Source of the DNA: Candidatus Heimdallarchaeota archaeon | Lineage (GTDB): Archaea > Asgardarchaeota > Heimdallarchaeia > Heimdallarchaeales > Heimdallarchaeaceae | DNA length: 64,000 nucleotides | Reading direction: 5' to 3' | NCBI GenBank assembly: GCA_030603365.1 | Contig: JAUVXV010000003.1 | Location: 301,494-365,493 of the forward strand | Shown here: positions 10,588 through 19,873 of the stretch, in pieces | How positions within the stretch are numbered: the stretch's first letter is position 1 | How the letters are laid out: every line of letters starts with the position of its first letter | Notes under the pieces: model-generated | The model's database searches: none | Seen by the model: the letters and a program-made list of their open reading frames with translations, nothing else | What the model was told of the DNA's origin: nothing | Position numbers and translations under genes: made by a program

Positions 10588-11796
10588 ATGTCCAATTTTG
10601 ATTATGTAGAAGATGCTATGTTCGGAAAATCAATATTTAAAAATGAATCAACTCTTTATCCTGAATATGTTCCACCCGATCTTCCTACAAGAGAAGAGGA
10701 TATCGCTAGATTGGCTAGAAACTTCAGATCTCTCTTAGGAAAAGAAGGCTCATTTTCAGTCAATGTAGCAATAGTCGGGCATGCAGGTATAGGCAAGACA
10801 AATTTATGCAAATATACAATGAAACGTTTTGAAGAAGCAGCCAATGCAAGACATATCAATGTGAAATTCCTTTATTACAACTGCCACTCTTTCAGAAGTA
10901 AAACAGCTGTTCTTAGAAATGTTCTATCAGAGCATTTTAGGATACAATCAAGAGGTTTTAGTGATGAAGAGATATTAGACATGCTAGTTAAAAGATTGAT
11001 AAAAGAAAATATTAGGTTAATAATTGCCCTAGATGAGGCTAACATGCTCAATTCCGAGGATATCTTGAGTATATTTCATGCAGGGGAGTATTTTGGGTCT
11101 GAACAAAGTATGATCTCTACAATCATCATTTCGAGACCGATAGAATGGCGATCGCTTCTGAATGTACCTCTTTCTGGGCATATTCATGACCAAATTGATC
11201 TTGAGGGATACAACAGAGACCAGTTGCTTCAGATACTCAAATATCGAGCAGAGAAAGCACTCTATCCAACAGCTTATTCTGATGAAACACTTGATTTAAT
11301 TGCCGATATATGTTCTGCATCAAGAAACGCTAGACATGGTTTAGAAATTCTATATCGATCTGGTAAACTTGTTGATCTGAAAAAAGAAAATTCTATTCTA
11401 CCAGATTATATTAGAGCAGCTAAGGCTGATGTTTATCCTGAATTAAGACGAGATGTTTTAGAAGAACTACGTAGTCATGAATTATTAGCCGCTTTAGGTG
11501 TAGCTAAAAAATTAGCCAAACAAGGTATCACATCAACTTCTGTGGATGAAGCTTATGATAACTATGTATTGGCATGTGAAGAGTATGGAGAAGAAGTGAG
11601 AGGAAAATCAACATTTAGATCTGCACTAGATACTTTACATAAGGTAGGAATCATTGGGAAAAGTGTTGGCCCAATTGAGGAAGGCAAAAGAGGTAGAAGA
11701 GCGAAAATTACAACCTTTGATATCCCTGCAACAGTGTTAGTTGAACGAATAGAGAATATTTTATCTAAACCAAGAAATATACATGGACATAACTAG
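10588..11796 (+). CDS. cdc6: Cdc6/Orc1 replication initiator
   Basis: SIFKNESTLYPEYVP..LP.RE N-terminus, Walker A GHAGIGKT, YYNC, Walker B IALDE, C-terminal winged helix. Confidence 0.95.
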   Translation: MSNFDYVEDAMFGKSIFKNESTLYPEYVPPDLPTREEDIARLARNFRSLLGKEGSFSVNVAIVGHAGIGKTNLCKYTMKRFEEAANARHINVKFLYYNCHSFRSKTAVLRNVLSEHFRIQSRGFSDEEILDMLVKRLIKENIRLIIALDEANMLNSEDILSIFHAGEYFGSEQSMISTIIISRPIEWRSLLNVPLSGHIHDQIDLEGYNRDQLLQILKYRAEKALYPTAYSDETLDLIADICSASRNARHGLEILYRSGKLVDLKKENSILPDYIRAAKADVYPELRRDVLEELRSHELLAALGVAKKLAKQGITSTSVDEAYDNYVLACEEYGEEVRGKSTFRSALDTLHKVGIIGKSVGPIEEGKRGRRAKITTFDIPATVLVERIENILSKPRNIHGHN

Positions 11797-12026
11797 TTGA
11801 CACAAATCATTGTCATGGAATTTTTTACTCCTTCAACTATGATATTATTATTTAGTACTTGATTCTTGAGTTCATCCATAGTTTCATATACAATTTTAAC
11901 TATAAGATCATAAATTCCATATACTGCATAAACTTCAGTAACTTCTTTGATTTGCTTTAAACCCTCTTGAACGGCTTCGAGCATTCCAGGTTGAACATTT
12001 AGAAGAATATAAGCTGCTTGTGTCAT
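11793..12026 (-). CDS. stand-alone Lrp/AsnC ligand-binding (RAM) domain protein
   Basis: AYILLNV...EVYAVYGIYDLIVKI pattern, 77 aa, no HTH. Confidence 0.9.
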   Translation of the reverse strand: MTQAAYILLNVQPGMLEAVQEGLKQIKEVTEVYAVYGIYDLIVKIVYETMDELKNQVLNNNIIVEGVKNSMTMICVN

Positions 12027-12153
12027 TTTTAAACACTTTGTATTTTTGGGATGACAGATTCAAATCCATTTAAAAAAACTAACATTGGGACATGAGTAAA
12101 GAAAATTGTAATTTTTTATAAAAAGAATAAAAGAAAAAAGTAAAGCAAATAGG

Positions 12154-13473
12154 TTATTTTTGAGTTATTCGCAGTCTGGATTTACATGCGGGACAAGTCC
12201 CGTTTCCTACTATCCATTGGTAAAGATGATTTTTGTGGTATGCTATGTCACAAGAAGGACATCGAATTAGATTTTTATGATCGCCAATGATTTGCAAGCA
12301 AATCGAACATTTGACTTTACTTTTTTCTGAGGTTTTAAGGCTATAATCTTCTATTGCATCATTAAAATTAATTGCTACAGTTTCTTGAGGTTGATATGAA
12401 ACGGATTCATTTAAGTACTGAAATTTAGCAGAAGGTATATGTATCGAATCCATTACTGTTTTTTTTCTTCTCCTACGAACTACAACTCGGAAACAGATTG
12501 CTATAAAAGCGAATATAATCGCTCCATAGAGGAATAATCTAGCGAAATAAATAATAATGACCCAAAAGAAACTGGCATCTGAATTATAGTAATTATAGTA
12601 ATCAATATACCACATATAGTAGTAATCCGAATGAACCAAATCCAAAGGAATTTCCTCTAGATTATTATCTCCATAATTCAAAAATAATCTTGTAATATAG
12701 TTTTCTGCGATATGATCATAGTATAGTTTTGTAGAAATCCAACTAGTTGAGTTATAATCTTCAAATTTCAAACTTAAATTATACCACACATCAGGGACTA
12801 AGTAGTCATATGTCCATAGAGTGAAGCTTTTGTCTTCTTCATAATCTAAATTGCTATCCAAATGAGCCACAAAATCATCATTTTCATAATAGATTGTTAT
12901 AGAAAAATTATCACTATTAATGAAATTATCAACTATGCTAACTACCATTTTTTCAACTTCTTGATATTCAAATTCCGATCTTTCTATTCCAAAGTATACA
13001 TCCAAGTCAGGTTTAGTAATAAGTTCATAGGTCCAAAGTGTATAGTGGTTGTCAATACTTAGTGAATATCCTAATTCCTCAACATTTAGCGCAGTGAAGA
13101 CAATTTTTACAATCCCTGTTATTCGAGAATCAGTTATAAAATGATGATTTTCAACATCGCTAGAAGGTATAAGCCAACTCTTTATTTCAGTATCATTAAA
13201 ATCAAATACAAGACTTATTAATAATCCTTGATAAGGACCTTCAATATCTTCTCCCCAGTAGTTAACTATTGTCCTAAATTCCAAATATTCACTATCTAAC
13301 TGAACAAATAGTGTGGTTTCATTAAAAATCAAATTAGCATAGAAGTCATGACTTTGCACTGTGGAATTATAACTGAAATCAGCTTCAGTTTCCCCTATTG
13401 ATTGTATGTTACTCAACAATAATATTGCGAATAAAAGAAAAAAAATGAAAGGGAGGTTTTTAAATTTCTTCAC
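12154..13473 (-). CDS. single-pass membrane protein with C-terminal cytoplasmic RING-finger (putative E3 ligase)
   Basis: Signal peptide, ~270-aa acidic ectodomain, TM followed by RRRRKK, then CSIC-x12-CPSC-x4-HKNH-x3-W-x6-CPACK. Confidence 0.8.
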   Translation of the reverse strand: MKKFKNLPFIFFLLFAILLLSNIQSIGETEADFSYNSTVQSHDFYANLIFNETTLFVQLDSEYLEFRTIVNYWGEDIEGPYQGLLISLVFDFNDTEIKSWLIPSSDVENHHFITDSRITGIVKIVFTALNVEELGYSLSIDNHYTLWTYELITKPDLDVYFGIERSEFEYQEVEKMVVSIVDNFINSDNFSITIYYENDDFVAHLDSNLDYEEDKSFTLWTYDYLVPDVWYNLSLKFEDYNSTSWISTKLYYDHIAENYITRLFLNYGDNNLEEIPLDLVHSDYYYMWYIDYYNYYNSDASFFWVIIIYFARLFLYGAIIFAFIAICFRVVVRRRRKKTVMDSIHIPSAKFQYLNESVSYQPQETVAINFNDAIEDYSLKTSEKSKVKCSICLQIIGDHKNLIRCPSCDIAYHKNHLYQWIVGNGTCPACKSRLRITQK

Positions 13474-13478
13474 TTATT

Positions 13479-15587
13479 TCACCTTCTTTTTTTAATTATA
13501 ATTGCAATTACTGCTAGACACAATAATGGTAGGTAGATTGGCCAATAGTTTGTTGCCATTGGTTCTGTTGCTCCAGTCCAATAGTGACCATATGGTGTAT
13601 ACTGGTCTTCATAATCAAAGCTAATGAAAATCTCTCCAGTATGATATTCTGCATAAACAAGTATATACAAATCTTCTTCAGGTAAAATTACCTCTGAAGC
13701 CCCCTTACTAATAAATTCCCAATTACTTGCATTAAAAACTATAATACTTGTTTGAACTACTATAGAATCTGCAACTATGCTTCTATCATCTTCATCGCTA
13801 AACTTATTATCGATTCTAAAAAGCAGTGCATCTGTTTCGTCAATCTCTCTAGATATCTCTTGTTCAAAACTCAGGTTTTGAGGAATAACATTAGCTACTA
13901 TTACTCTTGCATTATTTTGTGATATTAAAGATACTTTGATTAAATGATCTTTCTCGACTACTACTGTTTGATAAGGTACATTTTTGTTATTTAGGATTAT
14001 TTCAGAATCATTTACATCAGCAGCAAGAACATCGAAATTATCAGAATATCTGGAAAATATTAAACCAAATGAATCAAAGTAGGCATGTCCTATAAGCTTG
14101 CATACAATAGCTTGATTTGGAAGTAAGATAAATTCTCTTCTCTTTCCAAGACTAACTAGTTGTTGGTTTTCTAGTTCTTCAAGATTAATTTCGAAAACTT
14201 CAGTCATAATTTCGTTTTCTAACCAATCTTCGGAATATACTTGATAGCGCAATATTTCAGATGTAAATACATAAGGTAGAGTTAGAACATATGAGTGGTT
14301 GAAAACTTGAGACGCGTTAGCAATTGTCCAAAATGGTATATCATCTATTTTGTAGTATATATCTACAAAAGCAGTTCCTGTGACATCTTTAACTTCACAC
14401 ATTACATTAATTAATTTCTCATCTGTGATGAAATCCTCGCTTATATAAACCCAGGAATCTATCTCTGGTGGTAGGTCATCTATAAGAATTACAAATGTTT
14501 TTTCCATAGATTTTCGAATATAGAATTCATTTAGGTGAGAAAGTGTTACTTTGATTTGAAAGTTTAATTCCACAGCATAATAAACTATTAGTTCTCCAAT
14601 AATTTCAGGGATATCACCAGTTTGAAGTTCTCCTTCTCCTAAGACTATGTAAGTACCTTCAGTATACTCAGCACCTGCTTCTAGTTGCACTTTTGTTAAA
14701 CTATCTGATCCACTAGCAGCTATAGAACACAAAACAAATCCTTCTTGAGCTAGGTTCTCAAACAAGTTATATAGTAATGGTCCATCATAATCTGAATCTG
14801 AACCACTACCAATTACAACACCACCATCACAAGGTTCGTCAGTAATCAGTATTATCAATTTAACAGTATCTTCTCTCCAATCTAAATTATTTTGTGCAAC
14901 CCAAAGCGCATCTCCCCAAGGTTCGTGACCTCCAGAAGCTGCAGTATTACCGAGAACAGTTACTATAGATTCTATATCATCAGTCAAAGGATAGACTAAA
15001 TTTGGATTAGTATAAGGATTTGAAGAAGTTCCTCCAAATAGAATTAAACTTAATCTAAAATCTGGTACTTCAGTACTTATTTCATCAATAACATCAATTA
15101 ACTCTGAAGTAAGTACTTGAATTTCATCATCCATCGATCCTGATTGATCTAATACAATTGCTAAATCAAGGGATTTTGATACACCTGTATTTAGCGTCCC
15201 AGTTTCAATAATATATTCCTGTGATATCCAAGATTCATTTAGATTCAAGTTATCTTTTGTTTCATTTAGTGGATTTAAAATGACACCATATTCATTAGTC
15301 TGAGAACTTAACTCTAACTGACTTACTTCCTCAGAGGAAAAGTTTGTAATATTGAATTGTACAGTAAATGTACTTTCAGGTAGAGTTGATGGAATCCCAT
15401 CAGTTCTGTGAGATGGTAGATTTGTTATCATTTCAATAGTTACATTTGACAGAGGACTCTCTACAGTAGAGAAATCTTTCTGTGGTTCTAAAATACGATC
15501 TTCTTGACCAAAAATGGTCAAAGAAGGAACTATTAAACTGCATATTAAAACTGCAGTAAATATCTTTTCTTTTCTATTCAATTTCAT
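13479..15587 (-). CDS. von Willebrand factor A domain cell-surface protein with C-terminal TM anchor
   Basis: Signal peptide, MIDAS DLAIVLDQSGSM, GGHEPWGDAL, LITDEP, beta-rich C-terminal domains, TM plus KKRR. Confidence 0.88.
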   Translation of the reverse strand: MKLNRKEKIFTAVLICSLIVPSLTIFGQEDRILEPQKDFSTVESPLSNVTIEMITNLPSHRTDGIPSTLPESTFTVQFNITNFSSEEVSQLELSSQTNEYGVILNPLNETKDNLNLNESWISQEYIIETGTLNTGVSKSLDLAIVLDQSGSMDDEIQVLTSELIDVIDEISTEVPDFRLSLILFGGTSSNPYTNPNLVYPLTDDIESIVTVLGNTAASGGHEPWGDALWVAQNNLDWREDTVKLIILITDEPCDGGVVIGSGSDSDYDGPLLYNLFENLAQEGFVLCSIAASGSDSLTKVQLEAGAEYTEGTYIVLGEGELQTGDIPEIIGELIVYYAVELNFQIKVTLSHLNEFYIRKSMEKTFVILIDDLPPEIDSWVYISEDFITDEKLINVMCEVKDVTGTAFVDIYYKIDDIPFWTIANASQVFNHSYVLTLPYVFTSEILRYQVYSEDWLENEIMTEVFEINLEELENQQLVSLGKRREFILLPNQAIVCKLIGHAYFDSFGLIFSRYSDNFDVLAADVNDSEIILNNKNVPYQTVVVEKDHLIKVSLISQNNARVIVANVIPQNLSFEQEISREIDETDALLFRIDNKFSDEDDRSIVADSIVVQTSIIVFNASNWEFISKGASEVILPEEDLYILVYAEYHTGEIFISFDYEDQYTPYGHYWTGATEPMATNYWPIYLPLLCLAVIAIIIKKRR

Positions 15588-15594
15588 ATTATCT

Positions 15595-15686
15595 CAATAT
15601 ATCGATATGTTGATTTCACTAATAAATATTGTGGATGGGGTAGATTTGGCCAACAATATCAATATTCCGATATATTTATATTGTGG
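15595..15686. promoter_or_regulatory. divergent promoter with two imperfect 18-bp palindromes and CAATAT repeats
   Basis: caatatatcgatatgttg (15595-15612) and caatattccgatatattt (15660-15677) are 14/18 identical. The second overlaps a TATA-like tatttata ~26 bp upstream of ATG 15706. Five exact CAATAT/ATATTG copies. Confidence 0.6.
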
Positions 15687-15705
15687 TTCTGTGTATGTTA
15701 TTTTA

Positions 15706-16065
15706 ATGACAGAGAAGTATTTCAAAAAAATGATTGCACTTCTAGAAGAGATGAATACGAGATTAAAAAATATAGAACAGTCTCTTGGATCAGAGATCTC
15801 TCCAATTTCATCTTTGGATTTACTAACGAAAATTCCTAAATCGCATTTAGAAACCTATTTTACGGTACAAAGGCTAGATGAAGCAACATGTAAAGAAGTT
15901 GCAGATGAAACAGGTAGGGCATTCAATTTAGAATCAAGGTACCTTGTCAGATTGAATGAATTAGGCTTTTTGGATAGAAAAAGAGTACCAATTTCCAAAC
16001 CTACTAAAGACAATCCCAATACAAGAGGCACAGAAGTTAAATACTTCTTGAAGGAGAGTAATTAA
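15706..16065 (+). CDS. winged helix-turn-helix DNA-binding protein
   Basis: N-terminal coiled coil, then ATCKEVADETGRAFNLESRYLVRLNELGFLDRKR...KYF. ATG 15706 chosen because 15514 overlaps the divergent vWA gene. Confidence 0.8.
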   Translation: MTEKYFKKMIALLEEMNTRLKNIEQSLGSEISPISSLDLLTKIPKSHLETYFTVQRLDEATCKEVADETGRAFNLESRYLVRLNELGFLDRKRVPISKPTKDNPNTRGTEVKYFLKESN

Positions 16066-16066
16066 G

Positions 16067-16831
16067 ATGAAGACAATTAGCGTTCATAGTTACAAAGGAG
16101 GAACTGGAAAGACTACTTTTCTGTTAAATCTTGCTGGTCTCTTAGCACAAGAAGGTAAGAAAGTATTAGCAATGGATTATGATTTAAGAGCTCCTTCTTT
16201 TCAATCATATTTCAGCACAAATAATCTTGTTTCTTTATCTAATTATCTTCTAGAGGATACACCAATATCAAAAATAATATTTCCATGTCAAGTTAATGAT
16301 GAAATTCATCTTGATATTGTGTTTTCATCCATGGAATTTTTACAGCAGCATTCCAAGCAAAGAGATAAATTGTCAAGAGATGATTCCAAATATCTGTCAA
16401 AACTTTTTAATCTCCAGAAGTTAATATCAAAAACTTATGATTATTTGTTGATTGATACAATTCCTGGATTCTTCTATAGATCAATTGATGCATTGATGGT
16501 TTCGAATATAATTCTTGTAGTCGCTAATCCTAGTATATCTAATATTCTTGGACTTGAAGAGTTGAGTGGTAATATCTACTCTATGCTGAGTAAAGAAACA
16601 AAGATGGTTTTATTGATAAACAAAATCGAAGAAGAAGGAATTCAAGCTGATAAAACTATCTTTGAGGAAAATCTTTCAAAACTTAAGAAAATTGGGGACC
16701 AAATGTTTACTCATACTTTGGAGGTTCCTTTCTTCAATATGCTTAGTGAGAGAATCTACGCATTTGAAAAGGATACAAATAAGGAATTTTTAGATGTAAT
16801 AACAAAGTTATCTAAAATAATTAGAGAATGA
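16067..16831 (+). CDS. MinD/ParA family ATPase
   Basis: Deviant Walker A KGGTGKTT, DYDLRAPS, YDYLLIDT.PG, LLINK. Confidence 0.92.
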   Translation: MKTISVHSYKGGTGKTTFLLNLAGLLAQEGKKVLAMDYDLRAPSFQSYFSTNNLVSLSNYLLEDTPISKIIFPCQVNDEIHLDIVFSSMEFLQQHSKQRDKLSRDDSKYLSKLFNLQKLISKTYDYLLIDTIPGFFYRSIDALMVSNIILVVANPSISNILGLEELSGNIYSMLSKETKMVLLINKIEEEGIQADKTIFEENLSKLKKIGDQMFTHTLEVPFFNMLSERIYAFEKDTNKEFLDVITKLSKIIRE

Positions 16832-18267
16832 GAAAAATGGATAGTAAAGAGAAAGTACAAAATGAAGATTTGCAAAAAATTAAGAACTATCTTCAAAATT
16901 CAAAGAAGAATATTGAAAGAATGAAAATAGGCAAAAAACCACGCCGAAAGTTCAAATTCATAATTAAAGAAAACAAATTTCTCTTTACTCTTGTTCTAAT
17001 TATCATCGTAACCACACCTTTACTCACAATTATTTTAAACAGAAATCCTCTCGCAACTAGTCCTTACAAAGATGCTATAACAAATACAATGGAAACTTTT
17101 GAATCAAACTTCACTGCAGTTAGTGGACTTCCAGTACATGAAGTAATTTCAGAAAACACTAGTTCAGAACTAATTATTTTGTCAACCTTAGCAAACTCAA
17201 TACTTATTGAAAGTGGGCTTTTCTCCAAAAAAGACAATTTAATGAAGCGAATTTCTTTTATTTTTGAAATTATTGTTGATGATTCTTTCAGAGATTACAA
17301 TAATAAAACACAGAAATTACCTGTTTTCAACCAATTTCTTGGGATCTATGCACTCTATCAAGCATTTTATGTATTAGAAGATACTGCATTTGCATTTAGT
17401 TTTACTAATATTAGCCGAATCGTTAATACTATGATTACTGACTTTTTGTACTACTCTACATGGCCTAATCTCTTTGCTGTTTCTGAAGATACTAGTACTT
17501 CATATTTAGTTGACCAAGCTCTTGCACTATCTGTTCTTACTACTCATATGTTCTTGACTGGAGAGCAGAAGGTTTTTGGTTGGGATCTCAAAGAAATAAC
17601 AGGAGGTATGTTAAGTCGCATTGAAAATCGTTTCTATATCTCTGCATCTCAATCCTTCTTTCATAAATATGATACAGTAACTCATGTAAGTTCAGGAATA
17701 TCGACTTCAGCTGATTTAATGTTTACTTCATTAGGATTATCAAGAACAGAGAAATTTTCTTCAGGTTACGCTTTTCCCCTAAGTAGCTATAATTTACATC
17801 AAAAAGTAATCAATGAATTAATAGATTCAAATTGGTTAGTTCATGAAGTTGATAAAATTGATGATTCTATTCAAATTAAGGATCAAGCATTTTTTACAAT
17901 GGTTTCTTATCTTTTGAACTTACAAAATGTCGGATTAGAGATTGAAAATTCAACATCTACTTTTCTGTATTCAGAAGATGGCTTTGTTAATAGCTTACAA
18001 AACCCGATTGTAACGGCAGAATCGTGTATGTATGGTTTAATTACTATGTCTTCGAAGAACTGGGCAAAAATTCAAAATGAAAGAGAATATGCACCTGAAC
18101 CCAGACCAACTCCTACAGGAACAGGAACAGAAACAGAATCCCCAGTACCTTCAGCAAGTTTTAGTTTTGTTGGAGTAATCTCTGCAATTGTTGTGATTGT
18201 AGCTCTTTCAAGGATGTCTATGAAATATAAGACGAGAAAGAAATTTGGTGACCAGGCCGAGATTTGA
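16828..18267 (+). CDS. membrane protein with N- and C-terminal TM helices and an extracellular helical (alpha/alpha-toroid-like) domain
   Basis: Basic N-tail plus TM, repeated Y/I-x-x-DQA helix starts, PT-rich linker, C-terminal TM plus basic tail. ATGA overlap with the ATPase gene. Confidence 0.7.
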   Translation: MRKMDSKEKVQNEDLQKIKNYLQNSKKNIERMKIGKKPRRKFKFIIKENKFLFTLVLIIIVTTPLLTIILNRNPLATSPYKDAITNTMETFESNFTAVSGLPVHEVISENTSSELIILSTLANSILIESGLFSKKDNLMKRISFIFEIIVDDSFRDYNNKTQKLPVFNQFLGIYALYQAFYVLEDTAFAFSFTNISRIVNTMITDFLYYSTWPNLFAVSEDTSTSYLVDQALALSVLTTHMFLTGEQKVFGWDLKEITGGMLSRIENRFYISASQSFFHKYDTVTHVSSGISTSADLMFTSLGLSRTEKFSSGYAFPLSSYNLHQKVINELIDSNWLVHEVDKIDDSIQIKDQAFFTMVSYLLNLQNVGLEIENSTSTFLYSEDGFVNSLQNPIVTAESCMYGLITMSSKNWAKIQNEREYAPEPRPTPTGTGTETESPVPSASFSFVGVISAIVVIVALSRMSMKYKTRKKFGDQAEI

Positions 18268-18352
18268 ACTCGGGATCACATGCATGATAGCTTGGAGGAC
18301 GCATCCTTGCAAGTCCCCAAGCATGTATCATACCAAGCTTGACTACCTGGTC
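18246..18352 (-). tRNA. tRNA-Pro(GGG) with a 30-nt intron at 37/38 (18285-18314) and encoded CCA
   Basis: Acceptor GACCAGG/CCTGGTC+ACCA, D arm GTCA/TGAT, anticodon stem CATGC/GCATG with loop TTGGGG^T, T arm CCGAG-TTCAAAT-CTCGG, relaxed bulge-helix-bulge. Confidence 0.92.
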
Positions 18353-18436
18353 TTTGTTTAGTTCTCTTCAAATGAAATGGATTTTAAGCTTTTCTATGTG
18401 CAAATCTTTAACTAATCTTGAAAATTAGAAAGATAA

Positions 18437-18964
18437 TTATTGATTCATTAAGATTAATTCAGCAACCTGTTTCAGTAATTCTAAATGTTCTTCTGTCCAT
18501 TTTTTTTCCTTTTTTACAGTTTCAAATCCAATGAACCCAATAGGATTATCTTCTCTAGATATTGGTATTGCTAAGATGCTTTTTACACCTTGAAATTCCA
18601 TTAATTCTTTCATTGGTTTAGCTTCATCTGTAAGCTCATTTATGCTATTTATACAAGCTACCTCAAGCTTATCATAAACTACATTTTTATAGAAAGGGAA
18701 AAGATCTATGGGGATGTTTTGTTGATCCTGCTTAACAGAATGAATACCCTTTTTGCAAAATTCATGAGTATTGTTGGTAATAATAAAACCATTTTTATCT
18801 TTTGAGAAAAAATAGACATAACCCCTATCTGAATTAGAATATTTGCCTATAATTTCTATCCATTTGATTATTTTCTTATCAAGATCAATCTCTTCTAAAT
18901 AGATATCTTTTAAGCTGTTGACTACCTTTACCAACTTCTTGTTTTTCAAAGTTTCAGAAGACAT
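18437..18964 (-). CDS. stand-alone GAF domain protein
   Basis: SDRGYVYFF, NTHEFC, GVKSILAIPI, IGFIGFE, WTEEHLELLKQVAE. Confidence 0.88.
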   Translation of the reverse strand: MSSETLKNKKLVKVVNSLKDIYLEEIDLDKKIIKWIEIIGKYSNSDRGYVYFFSKDKNGFIITNNTHEFCKKGIHSVKQDQQNIPIDLFPFYKNVVYDKLEVACINSINELTDEAKPMKELMEFQGVKSILAIPISREDNPIGFIGFETVKKEKKWTEEHLELLKQVAELILMNQ

Positions 18965-19064
18965 AAGGCAAATTGATTATAGTTACCATACAATTTAAAA
19001 ATTTTGGAAAACAAGAGAAAAATAGTAATTTTACAGTTAAAATTATAAATTAAAGACAAATATT

Positions 19065-19817
19065 ATGCATATGAACTCAGATTCTAGTTTGCTTCATGAA
19101 TTGTCATGGACAGATATTGAAAGATTAGACAAGAAAACCACAGTATTTCTATTCCCTGTAGGAAGTACTGAACAACATGGACCTCAAAATCCTTTAGGAA
19201 CAGATTTCTTGATCGCTGAACATGTCGCAAGGAAATCTGCAGAATTAGTAGAGAATGCTTATTGTTTACCAACACTTCCTGTAGGAGTCGCTCCACATCA
19301 TAGAAACTTTCCTGGTACTCTTTGGACATCTCGTTCTACATTTGAAACATTAGTTAAAGATGTGATACATTCAATACATTACCATGGTTTTGAGAAAGTT
19401 ATAGTTGTTAACGGTCATGGTGGGAATTCTTCTTCAGTACTTAATGCAATTACTGATTATAATGATATTCATGATATGGTTTGTTCAATGTTTGAATGGT
19501 GGAGAGATTCTGAGATAATATCTTCAGTGTTCAACGTTCCTTCAGCAATTCATGCAGATGTTGTGGAAACATCAACAGTTTGGGCAATACGTCCTGATTT
19601 AGCAAAAGAAGAAAGATTAGCAGGTCTAACTTCAGCTGATGTGTGGGGTAGATTAATTGGTTCTCTTTATATCCCTTCAAGAGCAGATCAGATTACAGAA
19701 ACAGGTATTGCTGGAACTTTAGAAGGAATATCCATTGACAAAGGTAATCAAGCTCTCGAAAAAATTATTAAAAAACTCGTTAAAGCGATTGAAGACCTTT
19801 CAAGCTATAGTAAATAA
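19065..19817 (+). CDS. creatininase / creatinine amidohydrolase family protein
   Basis: PVGSTEQHGPQNPLGTD, HHRNFPGT, NGHGGN, HADVVETS. Confidence 0.92.
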   Translation: MHMNSDSSLLHELSWTDIERLDKKTTVFLFPVGSTEQHGPQNPLGTDFLIAEHVARKSAELVENAYCLPTLPVGVAPHHRNFPGTLWTSRSTFETLVKDVIHSIHYHGFEKVIVVNGHGGNSSSVLNAITDYNDIHDMVCSMFEWWRDSEIISSVFNVPSAIHADVVETSTVWAIRPDLAKEERLAGLTSADVWGRLIGSLYIPSRADQITETGIAGTLEGISIDKGNQALEKIIKKLVKAIEDLSSYSK

Positions 19818-19873
19818 CATCATAGAACAGATGTAGAGAGAAACCCACTTGAAAGATGATGTGGAGACAATAC

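Noticed and set aside
15514-15705. N-terminal extension of the wHTH ORF (similarly 837-998, 20061-20180, 35630-35713)
   Set aside because: Overlaps divergent genes or promoters; downstream starts fit TATA spacing and domain boundaries better
10588-18352. Integrated plasmid or provirus (cdc6 + ParA + wHTH beside a tRNA)
   Set aside because: No integrase, no duplicated tRNA 3' end found in the window, and composition looks the same as the flanks
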